From: Octopus sinensis
Taxonomy: Eukaryota
Direction of reading: 5' to 3'
Length of the DNA: 64,000 nucleotides
Assembly: GCF_006345805.1 (NCBI RefSeq)
Contig: NC_043004.1
Coordinates: 5,270,001-5,334,000, forward strand
The translations under genes and the position numbers were made by a program. Under the pieces are notes generated by a model, which was not told the DNA's origin, ran no database searches, and saw nothing but the letters and a program-made list of their open reading frames with translations. Every line of letters begins with the position of its first letter. Position 1 is the first letter of the stretch. Below, in pieces: positions 36,491 through 49,691 of the stretch.

Positions 36491-37741
36491 AGAATCTTGC
36501 AAACCAAATACAAACTGAAACATTTTAATAATGTTTTCTCTATAAATTGATCCATCAACAATTTTATGGAAAGAAGAGATTATGATCATCATAATTCAAC
36601 ATTTGTTTTCTATTTTTGTGTGGGTTGCATGGTTTGACTGGATCTGGCAAACCACAGGGCTGCACCTAGCTCCATTGTCAACTTTGGCATGGTTTTTGTA
36701 CAGTCTGATGCGTTTCCAGCCCAGCACACTGCTTTACAATGTTTGCTGCATACTTTTTTATGCCACTGGCACTAGTGATGGTGCCAAATAATTTGCAAAA
36801 TGGAAAGAGCACAAAAGGTGACCCACCCCCCAACTACCACTTATACGTAAGTAGGTTTAAGAAAAAATCCCCAAAATCTAGCACTCTGTTGGTTATGGTG
36901 ATGAAGGTTCCAGTTGATTCAATCAATGAAACAGCCTGCTTATGAAATTAATGTGTAAGTGGTCGAGTACTCCACAGACATGTGTGCCCTTAATGTAGTT
37001 CTCAGGGAGATTCAGTGTAACACAGAGTGTGACAAAGCTGGCCCTTTGAAATACAGGTTCTACTAATTTTTGACAGCTGAGTGGACTGGGGCAACGTGAA
37101 ATAAAGTGTTTTGCTCAAGGACATAGCGTGTCACCAGGAATTGAACTCATGACCTTACGATTGTTAGCCAAATGCCCTAACAACTAAGCCATGCGTTTAA
37201 GATATAAATAAAATAATTGTAGCACAGTGGAAGTGGCAACACTGATCTCAGGGTCATAAGTTCAAATTCAACTAAAGCTGTTTGGTAAGACTTCTGTTTA
37301 TTTCCAGATTGCATAATTGAACAAAGTAAGAAACAAGCTTCATTTTTACTTCACAGCCAAGTGGTTTGACTCTAGAATTTACAGTATTTACTTGTATACA
37401 GGTTACGCAATTTTATATCTCATTTCAACTGAAAAAAAAACTGGGGTGAAACTTATGGGACAAAGCTAAAACTATACAGGGAAAAATATTTGTACCAAGA
37501 TCTAATACTAAATTAGGAGTGTATCTTATGCACGAATAAATATGGTAAATTCAGATATTAATAAGAACAGCTGCCAAATAGATATTTTAAAACTTCTAAT
37601 TAATATGTTTTAACTTCACTAGTCTAGGCCATATTTAATAGTTTCATTATTAGACTGGAAGACTAATATTAATTACATGATATTAACATATTTTATCAGC
37701 TTTGGGTGTGAGCTGAAAGGCAAGTCAATCCAAGCACAACT

Positions 37742-37970
37742 TTAACCATTTTGTTACTGTATTTATTTTGAGATGCTCTGTGTTTCTTTCAATTACTTTT
37801 TAATATAACAAAGAATTTAGTAAAATAACTTAGTTATGATTCAGCTAGTGTTAGGAACATAAATTGTGACTAAGGTTTGGTGGAAGATTTTAATTCAAAA
37901 CTTATGAAAACAAGACATTTGTACTCAGAGCCAGAGTGAGTTTCAGCTGGGTTGGTAATGAAAGGGTTAA
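37742..37970. mobile_element. TTAA-flanked MITE (piggyBac/Kolobok-like ends)
   Basis: TTAACC(A/C)TTTTGTTAC...GTAATGAAAGGGTTAA; further copies at 52146-52358 and 52382-52610 (tandem pair). Confidence 0.8.
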
Positions 37971-38604
37971 GCACTGGAAAGCATTTAGTCAGAGGATTGT
38001 ACTGTTCTCTCAGCTTATTATTATGTTTGTCACATTAATTATACTAATAATGATTTCAAATTTTTGGCACAAAGCTAGCAGTTCTGGGGGTGGGTGTTTG
38101 TTGATTCTATTGACCCCAGTGCATAACTGGTGGTTGTTTTATAATCCTTGAAAAGATGAAAGGCAAAATTGACCTCATTATTATACTAATAATGATTTTT
38201 TTTTTATGTTCTAGATCAGGCCTGGCCAACTTAAATTACATTGTGGGCCGCTTTAATCAGAGAAAGTCTTTTGAGGGCCGCTTGTATACTTTATGCACTA
38301 ATAGTCAAATAATCAAATTACAGAATCAAGAATTTTCCATATCTTTCGTTTATTCTTTTACTTGTTTCAGTCATTTGACTGCAACCATGCTGGAGTACCA
38401 CCTTTAGTTGAACAAATCAACCCCAGGACTTATTCTTTGTAAACCTAGTACTTATTCTATCGGTTACTTTTGCCGAACTGCTAAGTGGCGAGTACGTAAA
38501 CACATCAACATCGGTTGTCAAGTGATGGTGGGGGGACAAATACAGACATAAATAACAAACACACACATGCATACACACACACACACACACACACACACGC
38601 TTAC

Positions 38605-38887
38605 AACTGATCTACCTCAATGCCATAGCAACCACCCTCATACCATCTCGCCCTCTTGCCAGGTTTTGGGCATTCTCCCTTTTCAAGCCAGCCCTCTCAA
38701 TCTCCTCCTCCACATTTTCATCAGACTACCTCGCTTTCCTCAGACCATTGGCCATCATAAGGCAAATCATGCTTGCAAAACCCAGGATGAAGGTTTGCAA
38801 CTTCCTTTTTGAGGTAGGCAGATGCAGCCCACTCCAACCTTTGGGCTGGCTGGTGCCCATTCTCCTTTTCTATCATGAGGCTTTCTC
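38605..38887 (-). mobile_element. RTE-type LINE 3' end (third subfamily)
   Basis: Minus strand reads EEEIERAGLKRENAQNLARGRDGMRVVAMALR; an internally deleted copy in plus orientation is at about 63265-63420. Confidence 0.65.
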
Positions 38888-39411
38888 GGAGCTGGATTTT
38901 CTACGGGGAACATGCCCTTGCTTACCCCCAGCTTCAGTTTCTAGATATGAGTGGTCCTGAGACCATGATTTTTAAGAAATGTGCAGGAAAACTAGCTCAG
39001 GAAGGCAGGGATGCTACTCCTTGAGACCCTGTTTTTTCCACTTTTAATTTGAATCCTTTCTAATATTATTTGAATTAATATGAAAAACATTTTTATTATA
39101 GTGTTGTTGTTTTTCTTTTTATTTTGTGGCTTTAATCTTCCTCTACAACTTTTATATCATTTTTGAAATTTGAATAAATTTCATCTCTTTAGACATATGA
39201 CAATGGAGTGCTTAGTAGTAAAAAGAAAATAAAAACAAATTTTCTGAAAATACAATACTTTTTTAGTAAACTCTAAAAAAAAAGAAAGAAAAGAAAAGTT
39301 GTTGGAAAGAAATTTAATGCAAAGTTTCTAAAGGGAATTTTTAGAAAATATATTGTGAAAAATTGTTCACTGTACATTAGGAATTATGAGAAGAATGACA
39401 TGAGGCCTTGT

Positions 39412-39637
39412 TTAACCCTTTAGCATTTAAACTGGTCATAGTCAGCCTAAATACTCTTTCTGTTTTATGTTCAAACCGACCAGATCTAGCCTCTCACATC
39501 AACCCTACAATGCCATTGTAAAAAGAAACAATCACATCAGTGAAATCTCAAAGCTACAAGATAATGCATGATTAATTCAAAATAAGTGAATAAATAAGCA
39601 TTACATTTGACAGAGCAATCTGATTGCTAAAGGTTAA
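39412..39637. mobile_element. TTAA-flanked MITE, second family
   Basis: TTAACCCTTTAGCA...TGCTAAAGGTTAA termini; partial copies at about 15003-15190 and 54420-54600. Confidence 0.75.
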
Positions 39638-41790
39638 AGTTAAAATATACATACAGTATAGAATTGGTAGATTCAGGTGAGATTATTGCAACTGACGTGC
39701 AAGAGGCTTTGAATATATATTACAGGTGTGTGAGTGAAGGCTTGGCTTACCAAACAGCTGGTCCATTCTTGGCTGCAATCCAATGTAGAATTTGTGTTTG
39801 TCTGACAATGCTGCATCTTAAATATCTAAGCAATACTCTAAAAATATTTCATCCTTTGAAAGCTGCTTGCTCTTTACAAATATGTGGTGGGTATTTTAAG
39901 ATGTGTCCCACTTTAAAATACCCACCATGGAAATGTTATGCCCATCACATTCAAGCGAGGGCGTTGCCAGTGCCGCTGGACTGGTTCCTGTGCAGGTGGC
40001 ACGTAAAAAACACCATTTGAGCGTGGCTGTTGCCAGTACCGACTGACTGGCCCTCATGCTGGTGGCACGTAAAAGCACCCACCACACTCACGGAGTGGTT
40101 AGCGTTAGGAAGGGCATCAAGCTGTAGAAACTCTGCCAGATCAGATTGGAGCCTGGTGCAGCCATCTGGTTCACCAGTCCTCAGACAAATCGTCCAACCC
40201 ATGCTAGCATGGAAAGCGGACGTTAAACGACGACGACGATGATGATGATGATTTACATCCATGTATGTTTTTTGTCATGCAAGGTACTTGGTGTCATGTA
40301 AAAAGCACTGGTGCTGGTGTCACATAAGATTCACTGGTGATGGTGCCACATAAACAGCACTGGTGGTGATCTCACATAAAAAAAAAACACTGGTGCCTAA
40401 TAAAAAAGCACCCAGTACACTCTGTAAAGTGCTTGGTATTAGGAAGGGTATCCAACTGTAGAAACCTCGCCAAAACAGACAGTGAAGCCTGGTGCAGTCT
40501 AAATGAACGATTTTTGCTCAAGAACATTATGGACCACTTGGTCCTGTAATCGAAACCACAACCTTGCGATCATGAATGCAACACCCTAACCACTATGCTA
40601 CATGCCCTCACTATCCCTCTACGTTTTATTTTCTCCAGCTGTTACTAATATACAAATCCCATCAGGGATGACATGTAATACTTTTGGCATGTAAGAGAAC
40701 CATCTGAACGTGGCCATTGCCAGCGCCGCCCCGACTGGCCTCCGTGCCGGTGGCATGTAAAAAGCACCATCCGATCATGGCTGTTGCCAGCCTCGTCTGG
40801 CCTCCGTGCCGGTGGCACGTAAAAAGCACCATCTGATCGTGGCCGTTTGCCAGCCTCGTCTGGCACCTGTGCTGGTGGCATGTAAAAAGCACCCACTACA
40901 CTCACGGAGTGATTGGCGTTAGGAAGGGCATTTAGCCGTAGAAAAATTGCCAGATCAGACTGGGCCTGGTGCAGCCTTCTGGCTTCCCAGACCCCAGTTG
41001 AACCGTCCAACCCATGCTAGCATGGAAAGCGGACGCTAAACGATGATGATGTTGATGATGATGAAATCAGTGGGGGTGGAGGACTCACTTAGTGTTCAGT
41101 TATGAGAAATATTTGTCATGGGACGGTCAATTTTATTGACTTGATAAAATTAGGAAATTAGAGTTGTAACCTTTTTATGAAATAGCTGCTACTACCTTGA
41201 ATCACAACTAGGTTGTATATTCAATTGACTGGGTGTTTACCATATTATACTACAGCCCTTACTGCTTTCTTCCTGAATAAGGATTTACATTAAATTCAAA
41301 CATCAACCACATTAACTTGGCTCACTGATCTTTATCATCTAATAAGGGCTATAGGCATGGTTCTGTGGTTAAGCAGTTTGCTTCGCAACCACAGGGCTCC
41401 AGATTCTTTCCTATTGCGTGACACCTTGAGTAAATGTTTTCTACTATATCAAAATGAAGTATTAGGGTTGATTTAACCAATTTAAACTTTATATTTATGA
41501 CCTGGTTCCTATGTTAGAAATGATTAGGACAGTTAGGATGGCGAGCTGACAGAATTGTTAATGTGTCGGACAAAATGCTTAGTGGTAGGCAGTTCTTCTG
41601 GCTTTTTATGTTCAAATATTGGCGAGGTTGACTTTGCTTTTGGTGTTGATAAAATAAGTACCAGTTGAGCACTGGAGTCGATGTAATCGACTTAACCCCT
41701 CTCCTAAAATTGCTGGTCTTGTGACAAAATTTGAAACCATTGTGTTGAGACAATACATTTACAGTTTTATTTTCTGTTTTTCATATTTTG

Positions 41791-42030
41791 AAGTATTGCG
41801 ATCTGTCGGCCAACTACATTTTCCATCCTGTAGCATTTGAGAGGTTTGGTGGGGTTGGACCACTGACTGCGAGATTCCTGTCTTCACTGGCAGCTCGTCT
41901 AGTAGAGGTAACTGGTGAAGCTTGTGAGGGTGCTTGGTTGGCCTAGCGCACCAGCCTCGCCATCACCCATGGCAACGCTGCAAGCGTGCCTCAATAGTCA
42001 TTAGAGAGATTTCCCAGTGCCCCAAAATTT
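41791..42030 (+). mobile_element. CRE-like RLE non-LTR retrotransposon C-terminal remnant
   Basis: KYCDLSANYIFHPVAFERFGGVGPLTARFLSSLAARLVEVTGEACEGAWLA*RTSLAITHGNAASV matches the F-P-A-E..GG.G...QR-SLA-..GNAASV end I recall for CRE-clade elements; one in-frame stop. Confidence 0.7.
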
Positions 42031-42049
42031 TCAACCTAAAGTGATGAAT

Positions 42050-42380
42050 TACTCTTTTACGCTTTTACTTGTTTCAGTCATGTGACAGTGGCCATGCTGG
42101 AGCACTGCCTTTAGTCGAGCAAATTGACCCCAGCATCGGTTGTCAAGCGATGTTGTGGGGGACAAACACAGAAACATATATACACGCATACATATATACA
42201 CACACACACATATATACGACGGGCTTCTTTCAGTTTCCATCTACCAAATCCACTTAGAATACTTTGGTCGGCCCGAGGGTATAGTAGAAGACACTTGCCC
42301 AAGGTGCCGCGCAGTGGGACTGAACCTGGAACCATGTGGTTGGTATGCAAGCTACTTACCACACAGCCACTCCTACGCCT
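42050..42380 (-). mobile_element. tRNA-headed SINE (family B), CpG-intact copy
   Basis: Head GGCGTAGGAGTGGCTGTGTGGTAAG...GGTTCAGTCCCAC and tail GCTCCAGCATGGCC...ACTGAAACAAGTAAAAG. Other copies at about 24265-25025, 27065-27395, 31665-31960, 32375-32772, 38350-38600, 46142-46590, 53785-54210, 54615-55015, 55650-56035, 58641-59110, 61400-61840 and 62405-62810. Confidence 0.9.
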
Positions 42381-43379
42381 TGTTTTTGTTTTGTTTTCTT
42401 CTTATTCTTATGTATATATTTAATAAATGGAACAACTTTAAAAAAATTGGCGCGATTTGTAATAAATTCTCGTATATTTTGAAATATAATTTTATTTTTA
42501 CATCGTAGCGACTAAGACACAGCTTAGTCTGTTGTTAGGACTCGTCGAGGTTACAAAGAGATATCACTATATTAAAGTTTGTTGTAGCAGTTGAAGTATA
42601 GTTTGATCCCATCGTTTGGGAAAGAAAATAATCTTTAGTTCATTAAAGCATGTAATATTTTAGTTGGAGGGCCAACTTTGAGTGATTTCTTTTTTTTTTT
42701 TTTTTTTGAGACATCTTGCGGGGGCAAATTTGCATCTTATTTGCCTTCAAATACAACTACAACACCGGAAAACTTCATTGTCAACGTCAGGGGAGAGAAA
42801 GAGTTAATTAAAATTCGTAAATTAAAGATAAGTTCGAGTGCCATGAGGAAGGGTGAATTGACAAGTCGTTGAAGGGACGGACCTCTCTCTACCCTGATAC
42901 TTCAAAACTCTACTCACAAACATATAATATGATATAATATAATACATATGAAGTTGTTTATATCAGTGGCTGGTAACGTCTCTAAACTATATTATATTAA
43001 AAGATACAGACTGGAAAAGTTTAATTTCTTCAATGTCTAAAATAACATTTCATATTATTTTCCTTCATTGTTAAATAATGAATAAAAAAAACGTAACTGT
43101 TTTTTCTTCACTGAATAAATGCAACCGGACACAGTGGTAAGGAATTGTCGAGACTTTAGTTTATATGTGTGACGGAAGGTCGGTCGGTTGGTCTCTCAAG
43201 TTGATATGTTCTAACTCGTCAAGAGCAGCTGACTATCTCGGTTAAGAGTGTCAGCGCATGGGACGTGTCAGATTAGTGCGAGTTTCAAATATTTTACGAC
43301 CAAAACATTGTCTATCACGCGCACACACGTATACAGCCAAACTACTGCATGTCTGAGAACAAAGTATCGACTGTTGGAT

Positions 43380-43615
43380 CGGTTTCCAACTATTGACAAC
43401 ACGGAATCCTTCCCTATTCAAAAGTCATGTCGGACGTGGCTGATACTAAACGTTCCTATTTCGTTGCTACTCCGCCGTTTAATAACCACTTTCATGTAAC
43501 TGCTTATTGTCAACAATCCCATAGCTGGATAACTTGCCTCTTCCCTCGTCACTACCGGAAGATTACTTCTCGAAACTCAACAATCCGTTCTATCTTAACA
43601 AATTGGTATGTAAGT
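43380..43615 (+). promoter_or_regulatory. CpG-rich promoter / first-exon region ending in tandem donors (GTATGT at 43606, GTAAGT at 43610)
   Basis: Local CpG-rich island about 42.4-45.4 kb, CCGGAAG (ETS-type) 43555-43561, two donor sites; an ATG at 43427 is in an open frame up to the donors. Confidence 0.5.
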
Positions 43616-46307
43616 CTCCCTTTTCTCTCGTATTTATTTTTGCCCACTCCCCGCCCTCTCCCTGAGTCGTCTCCTATCTGAGAAAATCAGTCTATTCCTT
43701 TCTGTTGTGGAGTCATATTTTTTTCGCAAGCATTTAAAAATTTTTACTTGTTTATTTATTTATTTTATCAACATTCTTGTTTCATGATGCTCCTACTTCG
43801 TTTATATGCATACATACCTACCTGAAGACCCTGTGCACTTACAGGTGAAAGTCGACCAAAATAAAAATATCGTTTTATCATCGCCATATATATATAGAAA
43901 GTGAGAGAGGGGGTAGTAAGAAAACTTAGAGAAGCTTCACAGTAGAAAGCGCACGCACACATATATATGTATACACGCATACACACATATATAAACTCGC
44001 GCGCGCGTTTTTCTCTCCACCTTTTCTTTAACGAAATAATTAAATAACGCTTCAAAAGAAATGAGTCAACAACACTAGCGACAATAGACATAAAAGAATG
44101 CATTAAAAAGTTAATAAATGTTTGTCTACTCCGTTACACACTGAATTCACTTGGACAATAAATCTGTTTTCTTTTCTTTCTGTAAACAACGCCTTAACAA
44201 AGAGGGAGGCCTCTAAGTGGTCGCTCGGCTTGCTTGAAATAGCAGCCAGAAGTCCTTTCAGATTTCATCTTACCGTCTCAGGTAAGGACGGACACATTAG
44301 ATTATGCAGTCTAAGATAGATTATGTCTGTAAAATAATTCGGGATGGTAATGACTGGAGCCAAACAACAAAAAACAAGAGTTTATATTCGTTCACATGAC
44401 TAATAGTTTTCTTATTACAACTGTTATTGTTTTTGCTTTTGTTTCTGTAGTTAATTGAAATTACGGTATTATAATATTATAAAACAGTTGGCTCGAAGAT
44501 CAAATTGGGGTTAAACTATAATGTGTGTTTGTATGTGCCGTATTGTTAAAATTTGTGAAATACCTTTGTTATAACGAGAGCATAGCAATGCTACTCCCAC
44601 CTGGGTGGTTAAACTGCTGCTCTGCTTTTATACCGAGATATTTATACATATTTTAGACATTCGTCAACTTGTAAGTATGTGTGTTGTATATAATATATAA
44701 TAATAATAATAATAATAAATAAATAAAAAGACAGTTAGATATAACTGTCGTGAGATATTAAATACATTTAAGAAATTTGAAGATATTAAGTGTTGTTTAA
44801 GTTCTGTGTCGTTGACAACACTGAATTGTATTTATTTATTTTTTATCTTTATTTGTTTTGTACATATTAGATCAGACTTCCTCTTTCTCATTCACCCTTT
44901 CTCCCGGCGAAAGACCAACAATCAGCTGGTTTAACGAACACACACTCCCCCCCACCTCGCTCTCTCACACATTCATATACACACACTTATGTAACATTAC
45001 CAATCCTTGTGGTCTCGACTTCACAACGGCTTGGTATTTTTAGTAAATTACTCCTCTGGGTGTGCATTCACTAATCATTGACAGATAGTTGCTATGCTTG
45101 TGTAAACAGAAATGTCGTTGAGAAAAACCTTAATTTTTGCCTGAAGGTGGAGCGGTTGGGAAGAGGAATATCTTATTACTCCTGGGCAAAATGTAATACT
45201 TAACGGCATTTCGTCCGTCTATATGTTCTGAGTTCATATACTGTCGAGGTCTACTGTGCCTTTCATCCTTTCGGATTCGATAAAATATGTACCGGTTGAG
45301 CACTGGGATCAGTGTAATCGACTGACCCCACTCTCCCCCAAAATTGCTGGCCTTGTGCCAAAATTTGAAACCGTTATTATTATTCCAACCATTCCGGCTT
45401 TTTGTAATCCAAGTTCAAATTTCACCAAGGTCCACTTTGTCTTTCGTCCTGTCGGGTTCGATAAAATAAGGACCAATTGAGCACTGGGGTTCACGTAATT
45501 AACTTACCTCCTCCCCACAAAATTACTAGCTTTGGGCTAAAATTTGAAAAACTCATCATTTAACGTGCGTTTTCTGTTCTGGGATGAGTTAGACGGTTTG
45601 GCAGGAGCTGGCAAACCAGAGAGCTTGTTTTGGGATGGATTCTACAGCTGGATGCCCTTCCTAACGCCAACCACTTTACAGTGTACTGGGTGCTTTTTAC
45701 GTGGCAACAGCATGGGTGCCTTTTTAATGACATTGGCATGAGTACTTTACGTGACACTGGCATGAGTGCTCTTATTGAGGTTCATGTAATTAACTTACTC
45801 CCTCTCCACAAAATCACTGGCCAAAATTTGAAACATCATCATTTAATGTCCATTTTCCATGCTGGCAAGAGTGCTCTTTATGAGGCACCGGCACTAACCA
45901 TTATTATGATGCCAGTACCGCCTGACTGGTCCTCATGCTGGTGGCACATAAAAAGCAACCACTACACTCTTGGAGTAGTTGGTGTTAGGAAGGGCATCCA
46001 GCTGTAGAAACATTGCCTGATCAGATTTGGGCCTGGTACAGCCTCCTGGCTTGCCAGCCCTCAGTCAAACCGCCTAACCCATGCCAGCATGGAAAGCAGA
46101 CGTTAAACGACAATGATGACGATGATGATGATTATTATTATGCAGGCGCAAGAGTGGCTGTGTGGTAAGGAACTTGCTTACCAGTCACATGGTTTTGGGT
46201 CAGTCCCATTCCATGGCACCTTGGGCAAGTGTCTTCTGCTATAGCCTCAAGCTGACCAAAGCCTTGTGAGTGGATTTGGTAGATGGAAACTGAAAGAAGC
46301 ACATATA

Positions 46308-46367
<60 letters not shown>

Positions 46368-48957
46368 GGTGTGTATATGTTTGTGTGTCTGTTTGTCCCC
46401 CCAACATTGCTTGACAAGCGATGCTGGTGTGTTTACATCCCCATAACTTAGCAGTTTGGCAAAAGAAACCGATAGGGTAAGTACTAGGCTTACAAAGAAT
46501 AAGCCCCAGGGTCGATTTGCTTGACTAAAGGCGGTGCTCCAGCTAGGTCATAGTCAAGTTACTGAAATAAGTAAAAGAATAAAAGCAAGAATTATTATTA
46601 TTAAGGTGCTGAGCTGCCAGAATTGTTAGCATGCTGGACAAAATGCTTAGCAGTATTTTGCCCGTCACTACATTCTGAGTTCAAATTCTACCAAGGTCAG
46701 CTTTGATATTCATCCTTTCGGGGTTGATATAATCGACTTATCCCTCCTCCAAAGTGGCTACCGTTATTATTCCAACTATTTAAATTTATTAAATGTCTTC
46801 ATTAAAATTTTTTTTTAAACTAAAAAGTTTTGTCAGCAAAACTTAAAATGATACTCAACAGATATTAATGGAAAATGTAATTTTCAGTCTAAACTATCAG
46901 TCTATTGTCTTTCATAATTCTGGAGGTAATAAAGAAATGAAGTACCAGTCATATATTGGTAGTTTATTCTGCCAACTACACTTCTTGTCCTAATATGATT
47001 ATATTTTATTTAGCATATGAATGGTAGAATTTATAGAGCTGTGGATAGAACATGCCTTGTAGAATTTAGTTATGTCTGAGTTGAAACTCCATTTAGGCGA
47101 CCTTTGTTTTCCATCATTCTGGTGTTAATGAAATAAAAGCATCAGTCTGGATGTAATCGACTATGATCTTGCTCAGATTATGTGACATTAGCAGAGCTTG
47201 CTGCAGTATTTTGATTTGCCAGTTCCTGCTAAACCATCCTATCCATGTCAGCACGAAAAACAGATGCTAAATGATGATACAGTTGTGTTGCTAAATTCTT
47301 CATCTTTGGATTTGCTTCTGTCACATTCCTGGTAAATAAATCCTGTTCACACTTGCAGTTGGGACTCCTGGTCACAGCAAGTTTCCTTTCTGCCAGGATA
47401 TGTTGTTGTTTAACACTTCCTTCAAATCAGTTCTGATTTAGCAGACCAACCTATGATAAAAAGCATTCCATAAAAAGCATAGTTTTATTGGACTACATTA
47501 TTTTCAAAATCAAAATCAAATTCAATGACTGGCACCCATGCTAGTGGAGCGCTAAGAGTACCATATGAGCATGATTGTTGCCAGAGCAAAAAGCTGGCGT
47601 CCGTGCCAGTGGCACGTAAAAAGCACCATTTGAGCATGATTGTTAGCTACGTCACCTTACTGGCACTTGTGCTAGTGGCACATGAAAAAATATTCGAACG
47701 AGGTCATTGCCAGTGCTGCTGGACTGGCTCCTGTGTAGGTGGCACATAAAAAGCACCATTTGAGTGTAGTCGTTGCCAGTACCGCCTGACTGGCCCTCGT
47801 GCCGGTGGCATGTAAAAGCACCCACTACATTCTCGGAGTGGTTGGTGTTAGGAAGGGCATCCAGCTGTAGAAACTCTGCCAGATCAGATTGGAGCCTGGT
47901 GCAGCCATCTGGTTCGCCAGACCTCAGTCAAACCGTCCAACCCATGCTAGCATGGAAAGTGGACTTTAAACAATGATGATGATGATTTTCTTATTTAAGA
48001 TACTGTAGTGAGAGAATTGACTTTTGTTTCTAGCAAGACAAGTGACCATGTTGATGTTTTCTTGTCAACTTGTCCAGCATATATAAAAGTCACAATTCTG
48101 AAGGGTTATTACTCTTGACCAAACACCAGATATTGCCCACTGTTTCAGCTTGTTTTATTATCTTGAAATTATTTAAAATTTTTCCACAGAAATTAAATAA
48201 TAATAATGATAATAATCTTTTCTACAATAGGCACAAAGCCTGAAATTTGGTGGAGGGGGGTAGTTGATTATATTGACCCCAGTACTTGACTGGTACTTAT
48301 TTTGTCGACCCTAAAAGGAAGAAAGGCAAAGTGGGCCTTGGCAGAATTTGAACTCACACTGTAGCAGCAGACGAAATACTGCTAAGCATTTCGTCCAGTG
48401 TGCTAACGGTTCTGCCAGCTTGCCACCTTAATAATAATAATAATAATAATCCTTTCTACTATAGGCACAAGGCACAATTTTGGGGAAGGTGGCTAGTCAA
48501 TTGTATCGACCCCAGTGTTTCACTGGTACTTAATTTATTGACTCCGAAATGATGAAAGGTAAAGTTGACCTTGATAACAATCATGATGATGAAAACTAAC
48601 TGTAACTATAGCAACAAATGGGTTGAATGAAAAGTGTTTCCTCTGGCAGTTTTCGTTTCTAACCAGTAAGACAGGATACTACAATCCTGTTTCAGTTACA
48701 CCCATTCACAACAACTTGGAAATGTCCACCTTCACAAATACCTAGTTACTTATTACTACCAATCTTTTAACTGTTTGTCGAAGGTGGTATAAATATCACA
48801 AACAATGAAGTCTATATATAGCTATGTTAGCTAAATCACATATATGTTTATGCAATACTTTCCTTCGTCTTAAATGTAAGGAGTTCATTCTTGTTTGACG
48901 GGCTCTTCAATCAAACTCAAAGCTTTTTGTTTTTAATTTAAATACATACATACATAC

Positions 48958-48961
<4 letters not shown>

Positions 48962-49036
<75 letters not shown>
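48962..49036. repeat. (TA)n microsatellite
   Basis: Directly visible; other long SSRs at 46320-46356 (TA), 50160-50216 (ATT), 57296-57350 (CA), 59903-59949 (GT), 60607-60661 (TA) and 61629-61673 (CA). Confidence 0.95.
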
Positions 49037-49493
49037 AGTTCACACATTTACTTCAATATTTATACATGCATATATTTCATCTTTTCCACCCATCCCACTT
49101 GTGCAAATCCAAACTGTTGATGGACAAGATTGCAATTTGGAACCAAGCCTACTAAGTCCACAACTAATTTCCTGTTAATAGCACAACATACTGTCATTCA
49201 CGAACTTAGTTGTTTTGCTATTTTTAACATGCACTTTTTCATGCTTGCATGGATCAGATGGAATTTGCTAAAGTAAATTTTCTATGGTCAGATTCCATTC
49301 CTGTTGCAAATACTTACCTGTTTTCTAGCAAGCTGATATTTCTCCATGGCTGGACATATTTTTCATGAAAAATTTTAGATGAATAATAAAAGCAATAAAG
49401 GGCAATAACAGTGTTGTTTATATTATTATTATTATTATTATTATTATCAGACAATAAGAACAGTGTGATGTAATTGCAATAGATTGTTACCAG

Positions 49494-49691
49494 TTACAAA
49501 ATTGAAAACTGATGATGTCCCTCTATCAAAATAGGAACACAAGATTTCCTCATATTTTTGAATTTCTGTGTTTCTGCAGTTGTTTCCATTTTACATTTTG
49601 ACAAGTTATCAAAATATTGTTCAAACCGATAAGCAGTCTCTTGCAATTGTATCGTGTTCTTCTCAATGTCTTCATGAAGAGTTACGTCAAC
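49494..49691 (-). CDS. Candidate exon or decayed transposase fragment (VDVTLHEDIEKNTIQLQETAYRFEQYFDNLSKCKMETTAETQKFKNMRKSCVPILIEGHHQFSIL*)
   Basis: 65 open codons with E/Q/D-rich composition unusual for AT-rich noncoding DNA; TTTTATAAAG acceptor; no ATG start, so absent from the ORF track. Confidence 0.4.
   Translation of the reverse strand, partial: VDVTLHEDIEKNTIQLQETAYRFEQYFDNLSKCKMETTAETQKFKNMRKSCVPILIEGHHQFSIL

Noticed and set aside
39656-39760. IELVDSGEIIATDVQEALNIYYR frame with several donors on both strands
   Set aside because: Acceptor lacks a pyrimidine tract and the plus and minus readings compete; could not be supported without RNA data.
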